From Akkermansiaceae bacterium (lineage in GTDB: Bacteria; Verrucomicrobiota; Verrucomicrobiia; Verrucomicrobiales; Akkermansiaceae): 61,259 bases of DNA. The stretch lies in contig JBLIDI010000001.1 in NCBI GenBank assembly GCA_047634075.1, forward strand, positions 1-61,259, given 5' to 3'. Positions 37,882-47,600 of this stretch are shown in pieces. How positions within the stretch are numbered: position 1 is the first letter of the stretch; every line of letters starts with the position of its first letter. Under the pieces are notes generated by a model. The model searched no databases and was not told the origin of the DNA. It saw only the letters and a list, made by a program, of their open reading frames with translations. Position numbers and translations under genes: made by a program.

Positions 37882-38703
37882 ATGCTCGGTGAAAAATTCA
37901 CGCAAGGGTGCCAAGTCGCCCCCGGTCAAAGTGTTCGTTTGAATGATCTCAAGACGACAACCTTGGGGATTCTCGGTAAGCCGGAAGACGAGGCTTCGCC
38001 TATTTTTCAAGAACTCCGTGGAAAGTTGGCGGATCAGCAGCGGGTGCTTTTTGCCGAGGGGAAGAGGAAGCTTCTGATCGTGATGCAGGCGATGGACACC
38101 GGCGGGAAGGACGGATGTGTGCGGAAGGTTTTTTCGCGGGTGGATCCGCAGGGAGTTCAAGTGACGTCGTTTAAAGCGCCTTCGGCTCGCGAACTCTCAC
38201 ATGATTTTCTTTGGCGAATTCATAAAGTGATACCAGCGAAGGGGGCGATCGCGGTTTTTAACCGGAGCCACTACGAGGATATCATCGCGGTGAGAGTGAA
38301 GAATCTCGCGCCCGAGGACGTGTGGGAAAAGCGCTACCAGCACATCGTCGATTTTGAGCAGATGCTCGTGGATGAGGGGACGACGGTTTTGAAGTTTTTC
38401 CTGCATATTTCTAAAGACGAGCAAAAGCGGCGACTTCAGTCGCGTCTGGATCGGCCGGAGAAGCATTGGAAGTTTTTCCCGGAAGATTTGGCGGACCGGG
38501 CGCGGTGGGATGATTTCCAGACGGCCTACGAGGATGTTTTTGCGCGGACGAGCACCGAGGAGGCTCCGTGGTTTATCATCCCGGGTGATTATAAGTGGTA
38601 TCGTGATATGGCGGTGAGCCAGATCATCACGCATGCGCTCGATAAATTAGGCCTAGAATATCCCAAGGTGACCTGGAATCCGAGTGAGATCGTGGTGGAG
38701 TAG
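37882..38703 (+). CDS. ppk2: Polyphosphate kinase 2 (PPK2 family)
   Basis: LLIVMQAMDTGGKDG Walker-A-like motif and RSHYEDIIAVRV lid region. 273 aa, single-domain PPK2 size. Confidence 0.9.
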   Translation: MLGEKFTQGCQVAPGQSVRLNDLKTTTLGILGKPEDEASPIFQELRGKLADQQRVLFAEGKRKLLIVMQAMDTGGKDGCVRKVFSRVDPQGVQVTSFKAPSARELSHDFLWRIHKVIPAKGAIAVFNRSHYEDIIAVRVKNLAPEDVWEKRYQHIVDFEQMLVDEGTTVLKFFLHISKDEQKRRLQSRLDRPEKHWKFFPEDLADRARWDDFQTAYEDVFARTSTEEAPWFIIPGDYKWYRDMAVSQIITHALDKLGLEYPKVTWNPSEIVVE

Positions 38704-38742
38704 GGGGCTGGATAAAGAGGCTCCGCATAGTATGATCAAGCG

Positions 38743-39000
38743 ATGACATGGGAAGAGGTTTGCGCTTATCCAAATTTGCAGGACTTGCCTTTTAAGATTG
38801 AACTCAACCGCTTTGGACAAATCGTAATGAGCCCAGCATCGAATTGGCATGGAAGATGGCGCTTTTCGGGATCGCTGGAGATTTTTCCAAGAAGATGTGA
38901 AAATGTCGTTGGAGCGATTTCTTCTTTTGATCATGCTCGTCTTTTGGGGTGTTTTTCTCTGGGTGGTGCTATCGCAGCATCGAGCCATGGAACTTGCTGA
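38743..39000 (+). pseudogene. Probable truncated Uma2-family (DUF820) endonuclease remnant
   Basis: The N-terminus MTWEEVCAYPNLQDLPFKIELNRFGQIVMSPASNWHG matches the typical Uma2 start (..L.d.p.k.EL..G.i.MSPa...H). The ORF stops after 85 aa, versus ~190 aa expected. Confidence 0.35.
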
Positions 39001-39133
39001 TCCCCGGTCGGATCCTGGTTCTTCGTTTTTTCTCAGTTTCCCGGGAAGAAACATGGGGTTTATGGTCGGTCTGACGGTTCCGGGATTTATCTTGTGGCTT
39101 ACCTTGAGAACCAAGCGGAAATCTTCCGAATAA
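38903..39133 (+). CDS. Small two-TM membrane protein (weak)
   Basis: An internal ATG of ORF 38849..39133 gives MSLERFLLLIMLVFWGVFLWVVL...FMVGLTVPGFILWLTL. Confidence 0.25.
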   Translation: MSLERFLLLIMLVFWGVFLWVVLSQHRAMELADPRSDPGSSFFLSFPGRNMGFMVGLTVPGFILWLTLRTKRKSSE

Positions 39134-39226
39134 GGTTGAGTTATTCCCAATTTTTGACTATCTCCCCGCGTCGAAGGACGGTTTAGCTGCAATGAAGTGG
39201 CTCGGCCTATCCCGATTACCACTAAA

Positions 39227-39487
39227 ATGACCGAAGATTACGGAATCAACCTTGCTGACTTCAAGCAAAGTGACAATGACACCGGAAGCGCTGACTTCCA
39301 AGTAGCCCTCATGACCCAGCGGATCAAGCATCTCACGGAGCACATGAAGGAGCATAAGAAAGATTTTGCCTCACGCCGCGGACTTCTCCGTCTTGTGGCA
39401 CGCCGCCGTAAGCTTCTTGATTACCTCAAGACAAAGTCGGAAGACCGTTATAAGTCGGTCTTAAAAGCGCTCGACCTGCGCAAGTAG
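39227..39487 (+). CDS. rpsO: 30S ribosomal protein S15
   Basis: ORF trimmed to ATG 39227. ..[50 protein letters not shown] is the canonical S15 pattern. Confidence 0.95.
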   Translation: MTEDYGINLADFKQSDNDTGSADFQVALMTQRIKHLTEHMKEHKKDFASRRGLLRLVARRRKLLDYLKTKSEDRYKSVLKALDLRK

Positions 39488-39501
39488 GACAATTTGCAAA
39501 A

Positions 39502-39535
39502 GGCCACGGTGATTTTCACCGTGGCCCTTTTGCTT
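39502..39535 (+). terminator. Rho-independent terminator/attenuator between rpsO and pnp
   Basis: Perfect 10-bp stem ggccacggtg / caccgtggcc with a 5-nt loop, followed by ttttgcttt. Confidence 0.8.
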
Positions 39536-39673
39536 TGAGGGCTGCCGCGATTTGATAGCGGCGACCTCAGCGGAGCGGAATTCCCACCCAAGAATAAGAC
39601 CGGGAAGGCCACACCGTTTTCAAACAAAAAAATCGCCCGGGAGGGTCCCGATGCGATCTACCAAACAAAGAAA

Positions 39674-41866
39674 ATGAGTATACAAAATGTAACGGCCAAT
39701 GTTGGGCCGGCCCCCTTGGTCATCGAGACCGGTAAGTTTGCCAAGTTGGCAGACGGAGCAGTCACCGTGCAGATGGGAGAGACCATCGTGATGGTTTCCG
39801 CTGTTTCACAAACGAAAATCCGTGAGGGCCAGACCTGGTTCCCCCTTTCGGTCGAATACAAGGAGCGCGCATCTGCCGCTGGAACTTTCCCCGGGGGATA
39901 CTTCAAGCGTGAAGGCCGCCCGACTGAGAAGGAAATTCTCACCTGCCGCATGACGGATCGCCCGCTGCGTCCGCTCTTCCCGAAAGGTTACCTTTATGAC
40001 ACCCAGATCATCGCCCTCCTCCTGAGCGCCGATCAGATCCATGACGCCGATGTCCTTGCGATGAATGGGGCCTCCGCGGCTCTCGCCATTTCCGACATCC
40101 CCTTCGCCGGTCCTATCGGTGCCGTGCGCGTTGGTCGCGTGGACGGTGAGTTCCTCATCAACCCAACTTTCGAGCAACGTGAAGATTCCGATCTCGACCT
40201 CATCTACGTGGGGAACAAGACCGACGTCATCATGATCGAAGGCGCGGCCAACGAGATCCCTGATGCCGAGTTCAAAAGGTCTCTTTACTTCGCTCAAGAG
40301 GCCGTCGCCAAGATTGTCGAAGCTCAGGAAGAGCTCGTCAAACTCGCTGGCAAGCCCAAGCGTGACTACGTCGTCACCGTTGCCAAAGAGGAACTCCTTG
40401 AGATCGGATACGCCGTCGCCGGTGACCGCATCGAGGACGCCATCTACGCGGCTTCCAAAGTGGAGCGTGGCAAGAAAGTGGGCGCACTTCGTGACGAAGT
40501 GGAGGCCGCCATTAAGGAGAAATTCCCCAAGACGACCGAGTTCGAGATCGAGCAGGTCTTCGAATACATCCAGAAGAAAGCCTTCCGTTTATCGATCATG
40601 GAAAAAGGCGTTCGGGCAGACGGTCGTGGCCTCCGCGACCTTCGCGAACTCTACGGCGAAGTGGGCACCTTGCCACGTGTGCACGGTTCCGCGCTCTTCT
40701 CCCGTGGTGAGACCCAGGCCCTCGGCATCTGCACCCTCGCACCTGCTGATGAGAAGCTCTATGTCGATAACTACGCCGGTGGTGAAGACTCCAAGAACTT
40801 CTTCCTCCACTACAACTTCCCTCCATTCTCGGTCGGTGAGACCGGTCGCTTTGGCGGCATGAACCGTCGTGAGATTGGTCACGGTGCTCTTGCTGAGCGC
40901 TCCATCGCGCCGATGCTTCCGAGCACTGAGGATTTCCCATACTCCATGCGTATCTCTTCCGAGGTCATGGAGTCCAATGGTTCCACCTCAATGGCGACCG
41001 TTTGTGCCGGGACCATGGCTCTTCTTGACGCGGGTGTTCCCATGATCCGCCCTGTGGCAGGGATTTCTTCCGGCCTTGTCACCGAACAAGATGCTGATGG
41101 CAACATGACCAAGCACGTTGTCATCCTCGACATCATTGGTTCTGAGGATTTCTACGGCGACATGGACTTCAAACTCTGTGGAACCAGCGAAGGGGTCACC
41201 GGTTACCAGCTTGATCTCAAGCTCCCCGGTATCCCGCTCGCCATCCTCGAAGAAGGCATCGACCTCGCCATCGAAGGCCGTGGCGTTGTCCTCGCGAAAA
41301 TGGCTGAGTCCATCACCGGACCTGGCGAATTGAGCCCCTACGCTCCCCGCATCGAGACCGTCGTCATCCCACAAGATCGCATCGGCGAGCTTATTGGACC
41401 GGGCGGAAAGAACATCAAAGCGATCCAGGCTGAGTCTGGTGCGGAGCTGAACATCGAAGACGATGGCACCGTTCACATCTACGCCGCCAAGCAGGAAGGC
41501 CTCGAGGCCGCCAAGAACATGATCAACATGATGTTCGCGGAAGTTGAGATCGGTAAGACCTACACCGGTAAAGTCATGAACGTCACCACCTTTGGTGCCT
41601 TTATGGAAGTGCTTCCCGGGAAGGACGGACTCGTTCACATCTCCGAGCTTGCCGAAGGCCGCGTCGACAAAGTCGAGGACATCTGCAAAAGGGGCGACAT
41701 CATCTCAGCCAAGTGCGTCGGAATCGATGACAAAGGCCGCGTGAAAATGTCCCGCCGTGCCGCCCTCCGCGAGGGTGGTGGCGATGCCCCGGCTCCCGAA
41801 GCCCAGGCTCCTTCCGGTGACGATGAAGTTCCTCCCTCCGAGGAAGAAGTTGTAACCTTCGGCTAA
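39674..41866 (+). CDS. pnp: Polyribonucleotide nucleotidyltransferase (PNPase)
   Basis: 730 aa with two RNase PH-like domains, KH (..[16 protein letters not shown]..) and S1 (..[28 protein letters not shown]..). In the conserved rpsO-pnp arrangement. Confidence 0.97.
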   Translation: MSIQNVTANVGPAPLVIETGKFAKLADGAVTVQMGETIVMVSAVSQTKIREGQTWFPLSVEYKERASAAGTFPGGYFKREGRPTEKEILTCRMTDRPLRPLFPKGYLYDTQIIALLLSADQIHDADVLAMNGASAALAISDIPFAGPIGAVRVGRVDGEFLINPTFEQREDSDLDLIYVGNKTDVIMIEGAANEIPDAEFKRSLYFAQEAVAKIVEAQEELVKLAGKPKRDYVVTVAKEELLEIGYAVAGDRIEDAIYAASKVERGKKVGALRDEVEAAIKEKFPKTTEFEIEQVFEYIQKKAFRLSIMEKGVRADGRGLRDLRELYGEVGTLPRVHGSALFSRGETQALGICTLAPADEKLYVDNYAGGEDSKNFFLHYNFPPFSVGETGRFGGMNRREIGHGALAERSIAPMLPSTEDFPYSMRISSEVMESNGSTSMATVCAGTMALLDAGVPMIRPVAGISSGLVTEQDADGNMTKHVVILDIIGSEDFYGDMDFKLCGTSEGVTGYQLDLKLPGIPLAILEEGIDLAIEGRGVVLAKMAESITGPGELSPYAPRIETVVIPQDRIGELIGPGGKNIKAIQAESGAELNIEDDGTVHIYAAKQEGLEAAKNMINMMFAEVEIGKTYTGKVMNVTTFGAFMEVLPGKDGLVHISELAEGRVDKVEDICKRGDIISAKCVGIDDKGRVKMSRRAALREGGGDAPAPEAQAPSGDDEVPPSEEEVVTFG

Positions 41867-41893
41867 GTCAGACGGACTTTTAAAAAATCACAA

Positions 41894-41926
41894 AGCGCCC
41901 TTCTCTTCGGAGAAGGGCGCTTTTTC
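41894..41926 (+). terminator. Rho-independent terminator after pnp
   Basis: 12-bp stem agcgcccttctc / gagaagggcgct with a ttcg tetraloop, followed by tttt. Confidence 0.85.
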
Positions 41927-42266
41927 GTGCCGGAGCTGTGGTGCCCTCGCCACGTCGCTTCGCAGGTTTCGCTGGCCGGGGTTGTGAGGCGGCGAGGGCG
42001 CCACCTCTCCTTTTCTGATTACCTTTGGATCAATGAGCAAGTCACCAAGCTTCCTGAGCGTTATGCCTCGCAAAGTTGAAGACATCGTCGCGCGACTTAC
42101 CGCTGAGAAGCGTGTCGTGATGATTGTGGGCTTGCGGTGATTGCTCACGGGACTCTTGTGGGCGACCAAAGATGTCGATGTCTGGCTTGATTGTAGAGTC
42201 CAACTCACGAAGCCCGTTTATGAGCGTAGCCAAGGAAGATCGCTTATTATGAGTGCCCAAAAGTGA

Positions 42267-42480
42267 GGGATATCGCGCTATACTGCGCGCAAGCATTTAC
42301 GTCAGGATGATGTCCTGAAGCAGGATAAGCCCCGCCATACTTGGAGGACGCGTAAGGATCCGCTGGAGCGGATCTGGCCGGAGGCCTTGAAAATGTTGTG
42401 CGAGGCTCCGGAGCTAGAGGCAAAGGCGCTTTTTGACCCTCTTTTGCAGTGCCATCTAGGAGAAATATGCCAAGCATGGC
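42267..42480 (+). pseudogene. Relic of the C-terminal region of a DDE/rve-type transposase
   Basis: The frame reads ..KPRHTWRTRKDPLERIWPEALKMLCEAPELEAKALFDPLLQ.. I recognise the pattern (W-R-T-R-K-D-P-F-x-x-V-W...P-x-L-x-A-K-x-L-F) from C-termini of integrase-core transposases in PVC genomes. No catalytic domain lies upstream. Confidence 0.35.
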
Positions 42481-42534
42481 CCCATCCGCCCCCCTCCAAG
42501 GCTCCATCCTGCCGCAACGAATCGATAGGCTCAA

Positions 42535-43650
42535 TCAGGGTTTTGCGACACTCTCGTTAGAGTGCGGGCGATAGCTCAGGAGGCACCCGACTCCCGACAG
42601 TTCTTCGAGGACATCGCTGTCTTTTACCGTTTCGATAGGGACGTCATTTCGGATTGCGAGGCGGACCAATCGCTCACGCAGTTCGCTATCTGGCAGCTCC
42701 TTATTAATGATGAGCATATCGGCGTAACCCTGTGCAATGGCCTTTTGAGTTTCCTCTGAACCCGCAACGCCCAGCCCAGCGCTCAAGATCGCGGACTGCA
42801 ACTGGCTCACGCGGTCGTGACTCTCGATGTGCTCATATGCAGTGAAGACCTCCAGCGCCTCTACCACGATGGGATAGATTCCGTTGCTCGGATTCGCGAA
42901 CAAGGTGGTGATTAACTTATCCTTCAGCCGCGTCGGGAGCGACTTCGTGAGCCGGGCGACCATCTTGGGGCTACCCGCGATAACAAGGTGATTATGCCCG
43001 CGTCGCTGCATCAATTCGTCGAGGATTTCAATCTTCTGCTTCATGAAGCGATCGTTCTGCTCGTCGCGATACTTCTGGAATCGTTCGCGGGTCCACTCGC
43101 GTCCCAGGCGCTCGCGTAACTCAGGTCGCTCGGTGAAGATTTCCTGTGTGACCGCGCCCATCACCGTCTCGACGATGCGTGCCTCTTTCTCAGTGACAAT
43201 CACAATAGCAAAGCGATGGTAGGTATCCCTTGTTTCGATGACTGGGTAGATATGAGGGAGGGTATCGACGACGAGCTTGGTTTCTAAGACCACCTTGAAA
43301 TCCAAAGGAATGAGAAGGGGGCGCTTCCCCCATCGAGCATAGATGGCCGCTCCCCGGGAGCCTTTGGGGACTGAGTCGGTGAGGTATTTGCGGATTTCCC
43401 CGTAGGCATCTTGAAAATCGACCAAGCGCGAGCCTACGAAATGTCTCGCCATATCCTTCGCCTGTCGGTCGAAGAGCTGAAGGGTCGCTTGGAGGTTTTC
43501 TGTCAAATTGATAAAGCAGCTGATGAGGGGACTATCGCTAGGTGCGATATCGGAAAGGCGATTGAGAGCCTTTCTAAGGTCCTGGCTCGTAAGCCTTTTT
43601 TTAGAGGTCGTAATACTCGATGTTGGTAAGTTCGTTTGCTTCGTAGTCAT
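42535..43650 (-). CDS. eRF1/Pelota-like protein (bacterial aeRF1-type, baeRF1 family)
   Basis: About 370 aa. Central ..GAAIYARWGKRPLLIPLDFKV..LVVDTLPHIYPVIE..HRFAIVIVTEKEARI. is followed by a C-terminal ..GLGVAGSEETQKAIAQGYADMLIINKEL.. block, collinear with eRF1/Pelota domain 2-3 logic. ATG 43650 is preferred over 43674. Confidence 0.55.
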   Translation of the reverse strand: MTTKQTNLPTSSITTSKKRLTSQDLRKALNRLSDIAPSDSPLISCFINLTENLQATLQLFDRQAKDMARHFVGSRLVDFQDAYGEIRKYLTDSVPKGSRGAAIYARWGKRPLLIPLDFKVVLETKLVVDTLPHIYPVIETRDTYHRFAIVIVTEKEARIVETVMGAVTQEIFTERPELRERLGREWTRERFQKYRDEQNDRFMKQKIEILDELMQRRGHNHLVIAGSPKMVARLTKSLPTRLKDKLITTLFANPSNGIYPIVVEALEVFTAYEHIESHDRVSQLQSAILSAGLGVAGSEETQKAIAQGYADMLIINKELPDSELRERLVRLAIRNDVPIETVKDSDVLEELSGVGCLLSYRPHSNESVAKP

Positions 43651-43851
43651 ATCCCTACAAATAGGAACACGCATTTAAAACTACGCAACCTAAACCGTGA
43701 AAAATAAGTCAGGTAACAAAAGTCTATGATAGAAAACGATCGGAAACGGTTGAAGCTCAGTCTCTGCGTAGAGTCGCCCTTCCCCCCTCCTCTCAGGGGG
43801 CCCGACGGCTACTTCACGGACCTTCCGCGAGAAAGAAATTCCTAGCAGCTG

Positions 43852-43896
43852 GAGCCGAGGCATAGCGAAAAGGAAAACCCTCAAAACGCCGGTAAT
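43852..43896. repeat. Left copy of a ~36-nt imperfect direct repeat
   Basis: ggcatagcgaaaaggaaaaccctcaaaacgccggta compared with ggcatcgcgaaggcgcaaactctcaaaacgcccgta at 44450-44485. About 7-8 mismatches in 36 by eye. Confidence 0.5.
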
Positions 43897-44027
43897 TGAA
43901 ACGGTTAGCGCGCTTCAATGATCCTCGAACTCGGGGCGGGTATTGGCGGCATTTTTCTCCCGCTCGTTGAGTATTCTAATTCAGGGAACCCTTCCCGTAT
44001 CTCGCTTTTTTCGCCCTATTAGCGGCG

Positions 44028-44417
44028 GTGATTGGGACAAGTGCCGCAATGGCACAAGATCAAATGGTCAAACGAAGTGTCGTGATTGATGACTACTTTG
44101 CCCTGAAGAGCGTCGAGAGCCCGATCATAAGCCCAGACGGCAAATGGGTCGTCTATTGGATCAGCACCAAAGACCTCGAGAATGACCGCTCTGAATCACG
44201 CCTCTGGATGGTGCCCACCGAAGGGGGCGAGGCACGTCCCATCACCCCGAAAGCATCTAGGGTTGGGAGCCCCGGTTGGACGTCCGACAGTCAGTCCCTA
44301 CTCGTAGTTTATCCTAACGCGCACCATGGCATCAGAAAACACAGCTCTCAAAAAGACCTCCTGGAACGCTTCCTTGCCTGGTTTGAGAAATACGTCAAGA
44401 ACGCGAAACCCAACTGA
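44028..44417 (+). pseudogene. Collapsed S9 (prolyl oligopeptidase/DPP-IV-type) peptidase with an in-frame internal deletion
   Basis: A propeller start (..ISPDGKWVVYWIS...SRLWMVPTEGGEARPIT...SPGWTSDSQSLL) is joined directly to the extreme C-terminus (VVYPNAHHGI...LERFLAWFEKYVKN). 129 aa versus ~650 expected. The signal peptide is cut and has no upstream ATG. Confidence 0.6.
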
Positions 44418-44442
44418 TTAATCAGAAATTATCAAAAAAATA

Positions 44443-44486
44443 GGCCGGGCATCGCGAAGGCGCAAACTCTCAAAACGCCCGTAGAC
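44443..44486. repeat. Right copy of the ~36-nt imperfect direct repeat
   Basis: See the left copy at 43852..43896. This copy also contains a small hairpin, cgcccgt-aga-cgggcg. Confidence 0.5.
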
Positions 44487-44695
44487 GGGCGAGGAGTTAA
44501 GCTTGGCAAGTTCGAAGTCGAGGGAGGCGCGCGTGCAGTCACCTTGTTCGCCGGTGCTGCTGACAAGGGCGAGGCAGGAGTGTTTGGGATGGTGGCGGTT
44601 CATCTTCATTATCCTGCCGGACAGACCCTGGATGATGGTGGTCTACTCTTGCAGAGGAAATGAGGCCAAAGAATCCTGTGCCTGCTGGATTTGTC

Positions 44696-47600
44696 TCACC
44701 TCGTCATGACACGAAGTCGCACAAACTGATGGAGTTCGGTCGAGAGTGTGAGTGGGTTCTGATAGCTCACTCGTGTTGTGCCATCACCTTGGTTGAGGCG
44801 TGATTGGAGGTCGGCAGAGCTGAGGGGAATCCAGTCGATGAGGTCGGTGGAGTATTCTGCGATCACGAGAGCATCGTCGCTGGCGAGATTTTGAAGAAAG
44901 CTGACCTGAAACGAGTCCCCGATAACGACTGGCGTGAGCGCGCTTTGGACGGCATACGATACGAGCTCTTCGGCGGTGCCGGTGAAGGACTGGCCGTCGT
45001 CGCTGCCGGGTGATCCTCCCAGAGTGGTGCTCGTGCGCCAAGCGAGAGCGGAATTGGGATCGGTGCCGGAGAAGACCAGACTGTATCCCGTGCCGTCGGA
45101 GCCCATTGGCCACGGGTTGTCGTCACCATAGGTGAAGTCGGCGATGGTGCTGGTGTCGGCGGCTTCAAAGCGGACATGCTCACCGCTGTTTCTGAGTTGG
45201 CCGAAAAACTGCCCTGCGATGGTGGCAAGGGCGGTTCCGTAGCGGAACTCGAAAGCTGCTTGATTCGCGACAATGAGCAAGCGGGCACCCGGAGCGAGGG
45301 TGAGGCCTTGCGGGAAGATGAAATCAATTCCGTCGGTGAAGCTTGCTCCGCTGAGATCGATGCCGATGGCTTCACTGGTGTTAAGGATCTCGATGAACTC
45401 GAAGGCGTCACTATCTGCGAAGCCTGCGGCAATCTCAACCGCGCTTGCTTCGATAGGATTGTAGTGGAGCTCGCGAATGATGGTATTGTCGGCGTTGGCG
45501 AGGGTGACACTCCCGGTGTTGGTCACCGTGATGGCGTCATTTCCGACTTCGAGACCCTGGTTGTTGTAGGCTTTCAGCGAGAGCAAATTTGGGCCAACCG
45601 AGATGGGGACGGAGATTTGCCACGAGTCGGCATCGGTCCAGGTGACGACCTGGGGAAGGCCGTTGACTGCGATACTGAAGACATCGATCCAGCCACTTCC
45701 GGTGAGATCAACGGCGGTGTCGGCTTCTGTGAAATTGTTTCCGCCGTTGGTGGTGATGAGGAAGGGGACCTCGGAAGGAAGGCTGTTCGCGATATGGTTA
45801 GCCCGCCCTGAAATGTATCCGGGGAGGTCAGTGAGACCGCCGCCGGTGAGGGTGCCGAAGTGAGAGGCCCACGAGGTCGTGTAAGTGCTGTTGAAGGTTG
45901 TTTCGATGAGGTCGTTCAGCTGGCCGTCAAAGAGGCGGCGGTATTGCGGGATGGCGAAAATTTTGGTGACTGAATTTCGACTCGGTGTCACTGATGAAGT
46001 GGTGCCTAATTGAAACGAGCGATCAAGATCCCATTGCAGGACGATGATTTTTTGGTCGGTGGGGCGGACGTAGTAGCGGAAGTTGTGTTCCCAAATTCGG
46101 CTGTAAATATCATCGGTGCCATTGAGGGACATCATCGCAAAGGTGCGCATCCATTGGTCGACATCAATGATCTCGTCGAGGGCGGTTTTGAGAGCGGTGC
46201 CACTGAGTGCCATCGCTTGATTGAGGGCGATGAGTGGGCGGTAATCATCGCGTCCACGTGCCGAGCGAATTTGGAATCCCCACCGGTAAGGTTCTTTGTC
46301 GAGGCCCCGGTCTTCGAGGTCGTAGCGGCCATTGGTGTGGTTGTAGGGATTTCCGATTTTCAGGCCTTCCGGTCCGCCGTCGGTGCCATTGGGATTGTAG
46401 AGAAGTTCTTGATTGAAAAGGGTGCCCGTCTCGTCGGCATCGGGGAAAAGTCCGTCGAAGAAGGTGCCGGTTTGGCGCGCCATCGAGAGGAGGCCGATGC
46501 CGCGGTCACCGGTGGTCGGAGTGATGATGTGGGCGACGTCATCATAAAAAGAGGCATAAGATCCGCCGGCCCGGTTCATGAGATGTTTGGCGAGGATCTC
46601 CTTGAGGTTCGGGCTGCGCTCGATGGAGATTGTTCCGTGAACTCCCCGAAAAAGTTGGTCGGGTTGGAAGCGGATATTGAAACCATAGTGACCGCTGTTG
46701 AAGCGGCCGAAGCCGCTGGCTTTGAGGCGAAGGCCGACATCGTAGTAAACCTTCTTCTCATCCTCGATGACGGTGACTGGGAAGCGGTCGTTGCTCAATC
46801 GGTTGGTTCTATCGAAGAGGAATGACTGGTCGCTGTTAGACATCACGATTCGGAAATTGTGCCGCACGCCCGAGTTATCGGCGAGGCCGTCTTGGATTTT
46901 ATAGAAAGCGCCGCCTTCGGGGCCGCCAGCGGGATAGAAGGTGGTGGCATTGGCGTTGTCGGTGGCCTGCACATAGAAGCGGACGATGCGGTTGGCTGAC
47001 TGTCCGGGGATGGTGCCGAGGTGGCGGATACCATCCGGTCCGGCGGCCATCGGGGAGCTCTGGAACGCACCGCCGTTGCTGGAATAATAGAGAGTGAGGT
47101 CACTGATGCCGTCCGGATCGGCGGCGTCGATAGCGACGTTTACGGACTGGTTTGCGTCGGGCACAACCGGGGCGTGGGCCAAGCCCTTCAAAGTCGGGCC
47201 CGAGTTTCCGAGTGCGTTTGAATTGAGCGTCCCAGGCGTTCCCCAAATCTCAGAAGTTGGAAGGGTGGTGGTGCGCTGCAGGTAGTTAAAATAAAGGCGT
47301 GTGTTGACCTGGTTGCTACCGCTGAGGAATTTTGCGCGGAAGCTGATGCGGTAAGTCGCGCCTGCGGTGACCCGCTCGCTGTTGTCGAAAGTGGTCTCAA
47401 GTTTGTTATGCTTGTCCCCGGTTGGGCCGGTGGCGACGATATGCAGACACTGGTTTCCGGGGGAGTCAGGGTCAGTGACGACGACGGTCCTGCCGTGCGA
47501 CCCGTGTGTGCCGAGGGCGCGCCACTTGTCAGCCCTGGAGCCCGGCGTGTCGCTTTCAAAATCGCCGTTCTGGATCATTTCGGTGCTGCCGTTTTCGATG

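Noticed and set aside
41888-42296. Minus-strand ORFs 41888..42208 and 42042..42296 after pnp
   Set aside because: The first begins inside the pnp terminator hairpin. Both have odd composition and no motifs, and the region is better explained as degenerate IS-scar DNA.
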